Source: Eledone cirrhosa (lineage: Eukaryota). From it: a stretch of DNA of 64,000 nucleotides. The notes beneath the pieces were generated by a model. It was not told where the DNA came from, did not search any database, and saw only the letters and a program-made list of their open reading frames with translations. Shown here in pieces: positions 55,630 through 64,000 of the stretch. Every line of letters starts with the position of its first letter. Positions within the stretch are counted from its first letter, which is position 1. A program made the position numbers and the translations under genes. The stretch is taken from contig OZ024741.1 in assembly GCA_964016885.1 (NCBI GenBank), positions 258,912,001 through 258,976,000 on the forward strand, read 5' to 3'.

Positions 55630-57862
55630 TAAGCCAAAAGACTCGTAAGCCGAAACACTCGTAAGCCAAAACACTCATAAGTCGAAACACTCGTAAGTCG
55701 AAACACACGTAAGCCGAAACACTGAAACACTCGTAAGCCGAAACACTCGTAAGTCGAAACACTCGTAAGCCGAAACACTCGTAAGCCGAAACACTCGTAA
55801 GCCGAAATACTCGTAAGTCAAAACATTCGTAAGCCGAAACACTCGTAAGTGGAAACACGCGTGAGCCGGAACACTCGTAAGTCGAAACACTCGTACGCTG
55901 AAACCCTCGTAAGTCGGAACACTCGTAACTCAGAACACTCGTCAGTCAGAACACTCGTAAGTCGAAACACCCGTAAGTCAAAACACTCGTAAGTCGAAAC
56001 ACTCGTATCGAAACACTCGTATGTCAAAACAACCGTAAGTCATAACACTCGTAAGTCGAAACACTCGTAACTCGAAACACTCGTAAGTCGAAACACTCGT
56101 AAGTCGAAACACCCGTAAGTCAAAACACCCGTAAGTCATAACACTCGTAAGTCGAAACACACTTAAGTCAAAACACCCGTAAGTCATAACACTCGTAAGT
56201 CGGAACACTCGTAAGTCGAAACACCGTAAGTCAAAACACTCGTATGTCTAAACATCCGTAAATCAGAACACTCGTAAGTCAAAACACTCGTAAGTCGAAA
56301 CACTCGTAAGCCAAAAATACTCGTAAGTCGAAACACCCTTAACTCAAAACACTCGTAAGTCGAAACACTCGTAAGCCGAAACACCCGTAAGTCAAAACAC
56401 CCGTAAGTCGAAACACTCGTAAGTCGAAACACTCGTACGCCGAAACACTCGTAAGTAAAAACATTAGTAAGTCGAAACACTCGTAAGCCGAAAGACTCGT
56501 AAGTCGAAACACTCGTAAGTCGAAACACCCGTAAGTCAAAACATTCGTAAGTCAAAACACTCGTAAGTCGAAACACTCGTAAGTAGAAACACTCGTAAGT
56601 CAAATCTCTCGTACGCCGAAACACTCGTAAGTAAAAACATTAGTAAGTCGAAACACTCGTAAGCCGAAACACTCATAAGTCGAAACACTCGTAAGCCGAG
56701 ACACCCGTAAGTCAAAACATTCGTAAGTAAAAACACTCGTAAGTCGAAACACCCATAAGTCGAGACACTCGTAAGCCGAAACACTCGTAAGTCGAAACAC
56801 TCATAAGCCGAAACACTCGTAAGTCGGAACACTCGTAAATCAGAACACCCGCAAGTCAGAACACTCGTAAATCAGAACACTCTTAAGTCGAAACTCACGT
56901 ACGCCGAAACACTCGTAAGTCGAAACACTCGTAAGTCGAAACATCCTTAAGTCGAAACACTCGTACACCGAAACACTCGTAAGTATAAACATTAGTAAGT
57001 CGAAACACTCGTAAGCCGAAACACTCGTAAGTCGAAACACCCATAGCCGAAACACTGGTAAGTCGGAACACACGTAAGTCAGAACACCCGTAAGTCAGAA
57101 CACTCGTAAGTCAGCACACTCGTAAGTCAGAACACTCGTAAGTCAGAGCACTCGTATCGAAACACTCGTATGTCAAAACACCCTTAAGTCAAAACACTCG
57201 TACGTCGAAACACTCGTAAGCCGAAACACCGTAAGCCAAAACACTCGTAAGTCGAAACACCCGTAAGTCGGAACACTCATAAGTCGAAACACTCGTAAGT
57301 CGAAACACTCGTAAGCCGAAACACTCGTAAGCCGAAACACTCGTAAGTCGGAACACTCGTAAGTCGGAACACTCGTAAGTCAGAACACTCGTAAGTCAGA
57401 ACACTCGTAAGTCAGAACACTCGTAAGTCAGAACACTCGTAAGTCGAAACACTCGTATCGAAACACTCGTATGTCAAAACACCCATAAGTCAAAACACTC
57501 GTAAGTCGAAACATTCGTATGTCGAAACATCCGTAAATATGAACACTCGTAAGTCGAAACACTCGTAAGTCGAAACACTCGTAAGCCGAAACACTCGTAA
57601 GTCGAAACACTCGTATCGAAACACTCGTAAGTCGAAACACACTTAAGTCAAAACACTCGTAAGCCAAAACACTCGTAAGTCGAAACACTCGTAAGTCGGA
57701 ACACTCGTAAGTCAGAACACTCGTAAGTCAGAACACTCGTAAGTGGAAACACGCGTAAGTCGAAAGACCCGTAAGTCAAAAATCTCGTAAGTCAAAACAC
57801 TCGTAAGCCGAAACACTCGTAAGTCGAAACACTCGTAAGTCGAAACATTCGTAAAGCGAAAC

Positions 57863-57932
57863 GTATAAATAAAGATTAATGTAATGAACTTGAAAAGCAT
57901 AGATATTTGAAACCGCGTCTATTTGTTATTTT
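57863..57932. repeat. B module copy 16
   Basis: Same 70-bp sequence. Confidence 0.95.
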
Positions 57933-60495
57933 CGTAAGTCGAAACACTCGTAAGTCAGAACACTCGTAAGTCAGAACACTCTTAAGTCAGAACACTCGTA
58001 TCGAAACACACGTATGTCAAAACACCCGTAAGTCAAAACACTCGTAAGTCGAAACACTCGTAAGTCGAAACACTCGTAAGCCGAAACAATCGTAAGTCAA
58101 AACACTCTTAAGTCGAAACACTCGTAAGCCGAAAATACTCGTAAGTCGGAACACCCGTAAGCCGAAACCCTCGTAGGTCGGAACACTCGTAAGTCGAAAC
58201 ACTCGTAAGTCGAAACACCCGTAAGTCGGAACACTCGTAAGTCAGAATACTCGTAAGTCGAAACACTCGTAAACCGGAACACCCGTAAGGCAAAACATTC
58301 GCAAGTCAAAACACTCGTAAGTCGAAACACTCGTAAGCCGAAACACTCGTAAGTCGAAACACTCGTAAGTCGAAACACTCGTAAGTCGAAAAACTCGTAA
58401 GTCAGTGCACCCGTAAGTCAGAACACTCGTAGTCAGAACACTCGTAAGTCGAAACACTCGTAAGTCGAAACACCCGTCAGTCGAAACATCCGTAAGTCAA
58501 AACACTCGTATGTCGAAACACTCGTAAGCCGAAACAGTCGTAAGTCGGAACACTCGCAAGTCAGAACACTCGTAAGTCAGAACACTCGTAAGTCGAAACA
58601 CTCGTAAGTCGAAACACCCGTAAATCGAAACGCCCGTAAGTCAAAACACTCGTATGTCGAAACACTCGCAATCCGAAAAACCGTAAGTCAAAACACTCGT
58701 AAGTCGAAACACTCGTAAGTCGAAACACTCGTAAGCCGAAACACTCGTAAGCGAAAACATTCGTAAGTCGAAACACTCGTAACCCGAAACACTCGTAAGT
58801 CGAAACACTCGAAAGCCGAAACACTCGTAAGTCGAAACACTCATAAGCCGAAACACTCGTAAGTCGGAACACTCGTAAATCAGAACACCCGTAAGTCAGA
58901 ACACTCGTAGTCAGAACACTCGTAAGTCGAAACACTCGTAAGCCGAAACACTCGCAAGTCGAAGCACTCGTAATCCGAAACACTCTTAAGTCGAAACACT
59001 CGTAAGTCGGAACACTCGTAAGTCAGAACACTCGTAAGTCAGAACACTCGTAAGTCGAAACACTCGTAAGCCGAAACATCCGTAAGTCAAAACATCCGTA
59101 AGTCAAAACACTCGTAAGCCGAAACACTCGCAAGTCGAAGCACTCGTAATCCGAAACACATGTAAGTCAAAACACTCGTAAGTCAAAACACTCGTAAGCC
59201 GAAACACTCGTAAGTCGAAACACTCGTAAGTCGAAACACTCGTAAGCCGAAACACTCGCGAGCCGAAACACTCGTAAGTCGGAACACTCGTAAGTCAGAA
59301 CACTCGTAAGTCAGAACACTCGTAAGTTAGAACACTCGTAAGTCAGAACACTCGTAAGTCAGGACACTCGTAAGTCAGAACACTCGTAAGTCGAAACACT
59401 CGTATCGAAACACTCGTATGTCAAAACACCAGTAAGTCAAAACATTCGTAAGTCGAAACACTCGTAAGCCGAAACACTGTAAGTCAAAACACTCGTAAGT
59501 CGAAACACTCGTAAGTCGAAACACTCGTAAGCCGAAACACTCGTAAGCCGAAACACTCGTAAGTCGGAACACTCGTAAGTCAGAACACTCATAAGTCAGA
59601 ACACTCGTAAGTCAGAACACTCGTAAGTCGAAACACTCGTAAGCCGAAACACCGTAAGTCGAAACACCCGTATGTCGAAACACTCGTAAGCCGAAACACT
59701 CGTAAGTCGAAACACCCGTAGTTGAAACACTCGTAAGTCGAAACACCCGTAAGTCGAAACACTCGTAAGTCGAAACACTCGTAAGCCGAAACACTCGTAA
59801 GTCGAAACACTCATATGCCGAAACACTCGTAAGTCGAAACACTCGTAAGTCAGAACACTCGTAGTCAGAACACTCGTAAGTCAAACCACTCGTAAGCCGA
59901 AACACTCGTAAGTCGAAACACTCGTAAGTCAAAACACTCGTAAGTCGATAAACTCGTAAGCCGGAACACTCGTAAGTCAGAACACTCGTAAGTCAGAACA
60001 CTCGTAAGTCGAAACACTCGTAAGCCGAAACACCCGTAAGTCGAAACATTCGTAAGTCGAAACACCCGTAAGTCGAAACAGTCGTAAGTCGAAACAGCCG
60101 TAAGTCGAAACACTCGTAAGTCGAAACACTCGTAAGTCGAAACACCGTAAGTCAAAACACTCGTATGTCGAAACATCCGTAAATCAGAACACTCCTAAGT
60201 CAAAACACTCGAAAGTCGAAACACTCGTAAGTCGAAACACTCGTAAGTCGAAACACTCGTAAGCCGAAACACTCGTAAATCGAAACACTCGTAAGTCGTA
60301 ACACTCGTAAGTCGAAACACTCGTAAGCCGAAACACTCGTAAGCCGAAACACTCGTAAGTCGGAACACTCGTAAGTCAGAACGCTCGTAAGTCAGAACAC
60401 TCGTAAGTCAGAACACTCGTAAGTCAGAACACTCGTAAGTCAGAACACTCGTAAGTCAGAACACTCGTATCGAAACACTCGTAAGTTAAAACACC

Positions 60496-61233
60496 AGATC
60501 AAAAGGTTGAATTTTATGTGCATAACAAACACTCCCTGAAACAAATAATAAACATGTAAAGTTTGAAAAAAATCGGTTGGGTACTTCTCGCATTTTAGGG
60601 ATTCACACTCACAGACACACACACACACACAGACAGACATCCTCAGGGAAGTGACGTAATGCAGACAGCCAGACATACAGACAGATATTATAAGGGCACG
60701 ACGTTATATGTATCTATCTAAAAAGAGAAAGACTAAGAATTATAGAGAGAGATCGCTAAATCGCCTAATGTGGTCCCTAGGGCATTGAAAATTTGAAATA
60801 TCTTTTGCTCAGAACACTCCCTGAAACATAAGTATTACATGTGTAAAGTTCGAAAACAGTCGGTTGGGTGGTTCTCGAGTTTTAACGATTGAAACTCACA
60901 CACAGACAGACATCCTCAGTTTTATATATATAGACTAGCAGAAAACCACCCGGTGAGCGGTTTTCTGCTAGCAAATCTAGTGTATATACTGATATTGTTG
61001 AGATTTGGATGAGAAATGTTTTTGGCACCACATGTTCACCGTCTCTCGGTGTGTCTTTTATGCATGTATAAATATATATGTTATCTATACGGTGAAATCT
61101 TTGAAATAAATATATGTTAAAACGAAAAAGGAAAAAAAGAGATTAGTAACGGAAATATAAACGTTATGATATAACGATGGAAATATATAAACGTTTACGA
61201 TAAAACGAAGGAAATAGAAACGTTTATATATAA
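60496..61233. repeat. A module copy 16
   Basis: Near-identical copy; junction at 60934/60935. Confidence 0.95.
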
Positions 61234-61730
61234 TAAGCCGAAAGACTCGTAAGCCGAAACACTCATAAGTCGAAACACTCGTAAGTCGAAACACACGTAA
61301 GCCGAAACACTGAAACACTCGTAAGCCGAAACACTCGTAAGTCGAAACGCTCGTAAGCCGAAACACTCGTAAGTCGAAACACTCGTATGTCGAAACATCC
61401 GTAAATCAGAACACTCGTAAGTCGAAACACTCGTAAGTCGAAACACTCGTAAGCCGAAACACTCGTAAGTCGAAACACTCGTATCGAAACACTCGTAAGT
61501 CGAAACACCCTTAAGTCAAAACACTCGTAAGCCAAAACACTCGTAAGTCGAAACACTCGTAAGTCGGAACACTCGTAACTCAGAACACTCGTAAGTCAGA
61601 ACACTCGTAAGTGGAAACACGCGTAAGTCGAAAGACCCGTAAGTCAAAAATCTCGTAAGTCAAAACACTCGTAAGCCGAAACACTCGTAAGTCGAAACAC
61701 TCGTAAGTCGAAACATTCGTAAAGCGAAAC

Positions 61731-61800
61731 GTATAAATAAAGATTAATGTAATGAACTTGAAAAGCATAGATATTTGAAACCGCGTCTATTTGTTATTTT
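61731..61800. repeat. B module copy 17
   Basis: Same 70-bp sequence. Confidence 0.95.
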
Positions 61801-62897
61801 CGTAAGTCGAAACACTCGTAAGTCAGAACACTCGTAAGTCAGAACACTCTTAAGTGAGAACACTCGTATCGAAACACTCGTATGTCAAAACACCCGTAAG
61901 TCAAAACACTCGTAAGTCGAAACACTCGTAAGTCGAAACACTCGTAAGCCGAAACAATCGTAAGTCAAAACACTCGTAAGTCGAAACAGTCGTAAGCCGA
62001 AAATACTCGTAAGTCGGAACACCCGTAAGCCGAAACCCTCGTAGGTCGGAACACTCGTAAGTCGAAACACTCGTAAGTCGAAACACCCGTAAGTCGAAAC
62101 ACTCGTAAGTCGAAACACCCGTAAGTCGAAACATCTGTAAGTCAAAACACTCGTATGTCGAAACACTCGTAAGCCGAGACACTCGTAAGTCGGAACACTC
62201 GCAAGTCAGAACACTCGTAAGTCAGAACACTCGTAAGTCGAAACACTCGTAAGTCGAAACACCCGTAAGTCGAAACGCCCGTAAGTCAAAACACTCGTAT
62301 GTCGAAACACTCGCAAACTGAAAAACCGTAAGTCAAAACACTCGTAAGTCGAAACACTCGTAAGCCGAAACACTCGTAAGCGAAAACATTCGTAAGTCGA
62401 AACACTCGTAACCCGAAACACTCGTAAGTCGAAACACTCGAAAGCCGAAACACTCGTAAGTCGAAACACTCATAAGCCGAAACACTCGTAAGTCGGAACA
62501 CTCGTAAGTCAGAACACCCGTAAGTCAGAACACTCGTAGTCAGAACACTCGTAATTCGAAACACTCGAAAGCCGAAGCACTCGTAATCCGAAACACTCTT
62601 AATTCGAAACACTCGTAAGTCGGAAGACTCGTAAGTCAGAACACTCGTAAGTCAGAACACTCGTAAGTCGAAACACTCGTAAGCCGAAACATCCGTAAGT
62701 CAAAACATCCGTAAGTCAAAACATTCGTAAGTCGAAACACCCGTAGTCGAAACACTCGCATGTCGAAACACTCGTAAGTCGAAACACGCGTAAGTCGAAA
62801 CACATGTAAGTCAAATCACTCGTAAGTCAAAACACTCGTAAGCCGAAACACTCGTAAGTCGAAACACTCGTAAGTCGAAACACTCGTAAAGCGAAAC

Positions 62898-62967
62898 GTA
62901 TAAATAAAGATTAATGTAATGAATTTGAAAAGCATAGAGATTTGAAACCGCGTCTATTTGTTATTTT
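62898..62967. repeat. B module copy 18
   Basis: Same 70-bp sequence (ATAGAGATTT subtype). Confidence 0.95.
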
Positions 62968-63442
62968 CGTAAGTCGAAACACTCGTAAGCCGAAACACTC
63001 GTGAGCCGAAACACTCGTAAGTCGGAACACTCGTAAGTCAGAACACTCGTAAGTCAAAACACTCGTAAGTTAGAACACTCGTAAGTCAGAACACGCGTAA
63101 GTCAGAACACTCGTAAGTCAGAACACTCGTAAGTCGAAACACTCGTATCGAAACACTCGTATGTCAAAACACCAGTAAGTCAAAACACTCGTAAGTCGAA
63201 ACACTCGTAAGCCGAAACACCGTAAGTCAAAACACTCGTAAGTCGAAACACTCGTAAGTCGAAACACTCGTAAGTCGAAACACTCGTAAGTCGAAACACT
63301 CGTAAGCCGAAACACTCGTAAGCCGAAACACTCGTAAGTCGGAACACTCGTAAGTCAGAACACTCATAAGTCAGAACACTCGTAAGTCAGAACACTCGTA
63401 AGTCGAAACACTCGTATCGAAACACTCGTAAGTCAAAACACC

Positions 63443-64000
63443 AGATCAAAAGGTTGAATTTTATGTGCATAACAAACACTCCCTGAAACATAAATAATAA
63501 ACATGTAAAGTTTGAAAAAAATCGGTTGGGTACTTCTCGCATTTTAGGGATTCAAACTCACAGACACACACACACACACACACAGACAGACATCCTCAGG
63601 GAAGTGACGTAATGCAGACAGCCAGACATACAGACAGATATTATAAGGGCACGACGTTATATGTATCTATCTAAAAAGAGAAAGACTAAGAATTATAGAG
63701 AGAGATCGCTAAATCGCCTAATGTGGTCCCTAGGGCATTGAAAATTTGAAATATTTTTTGCTCAGAACACTCCCTGAAACATAAGTATTACATGTGTAAA
63801 GTTCGAAAACAGTCGGTTGGGTGGTTCTCGAGTTTTAACGATTGAAACTCACACACAGACAGACATCCTCAGTTTTATATATATAGACTAGCAGAAAACC
63901 ACCCGGTGAGCGGTTTTCTGCTAGCAAATCTAGTGTATATACTGATATTGTTGAGATTTGGATGAGAAATGTTTTTGGCACCACATGTTCACCGTCTCTC
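63443..64000. repeat. A module copy 17 (truncated by window end)
   Basis: Near-identical copy; junction at 63887/63888. Confidence 0.95.

Larger units (their letters stand above)
19085..58546. repeat. Near-identical large tandem duplication (about 19085-40432 and 40433-58546; period 18,114 bp)
   Basis: ORF track and module coordinates recur at a constant offset of 18114 (e.g. 23249->41363, 31669->49783, 40128->58242); the left end recurs at offset 21348 (=18114+3234; 19338->40686). Confidence 0.93.
1..63442. repeat. 16-bp satellite/minisatellite array, consensus GTAAGTCGAAACACTC, single orientation, interrupted by A and B modules
   Basis: Directly visible tandem monomer throughout; common variants at monomer positions 6-9 (GCCGA, GTCAA, GTCAG, GTCGG) and 9-, 14-, 15- and 17-bp indel variants. 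Confidence 0.99.
4480..63887 (-). mobile_element. Putative head-to-tail tandem array of 16 non-autonomous Helitron-like units carrying central 16-bp tandem repeats
   Basis: Minus strand at every junction reads ...CCGCTCACCGGGTGG-TTTTCTG-CTAG|TCTATATATATAAAACTGAGGATGTCTGTCTGTGTGTG...; 5'-TC, 3'-CTAG with a subterminal hairpin, no TSD and a GTCT microsatellite are Helitron hallmarks. No Rep/helicase ORF is present. The classification is an inference from termini only. Confidence 0.6.

Noticed and set aside
84-63315. More than 200 minus-strand ORFs with repetitive peptides (YECFDLRVFRLTSVST)
   Set aside because: Artefact of the repeat. The minus-strand consensus GAGTGTTTCGACTTAC has no stop codon, and 16 bp cycles through all three frames with a 48-bp/16-aa period, while the plus strand has TAA in every monomer. 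ORFs overlap in all frames, mostly use alternative starts, and are broken by frameshifting indels.
1-63442. CRISPR array
   Set aside because: Repeats are contiguous 16-mers with no unique spacers, the interruptions are themselves repeated, and there are no cas genes.
1-63442. Telomerase-type telomeric repeat
   Set aside because: There is no G-run-rich strand, and monomers are heterogeneous with inherited higher-order patterns and regular internal modules. A subtelomeric location cannot be excluded.

Overview
The whole 64 kb window is non-coding, hierarchically organised tandem-repeat DNA, most likely from a eukaryote (probably an invertebrate animal; inference). Roughly 80% is a single-orientation array of a 16-bp satellite monomer (consensus GTAAGTCGAAACACTC). 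The array is punctuated by 17 copies of a ~740-bp 'A module' (the last truncated by the window end) and 18 copies of a 70-bp AT-rich 'B module'. Each A module contains the invariant junction TTTTATATATATAGA|CTAGCAGAAAACC-ACCCGGTGAGC-GGTTTTCTGCTAG. On the minus strand this reads as a Helitron-like 3' end (hairpin + CTAG) fused directly to a Helitron-like 5' end (TCTATATATATAAAA... followed by GTCT/GT microsatellite). The array may therefore be a head-to-tail concatemer of 1.9-5.6 kb non-autonomous rolling-circle elements whose interior has expanded into satellite. Nested higher-order duplications are superimposed: 18,114 bp and 3,234 bp near-identical, ~7.5-7.8 kb and ~5.7 kb older. No credible protein-coding or RNA genes were found; the ORF track is an artefact of the repeat.
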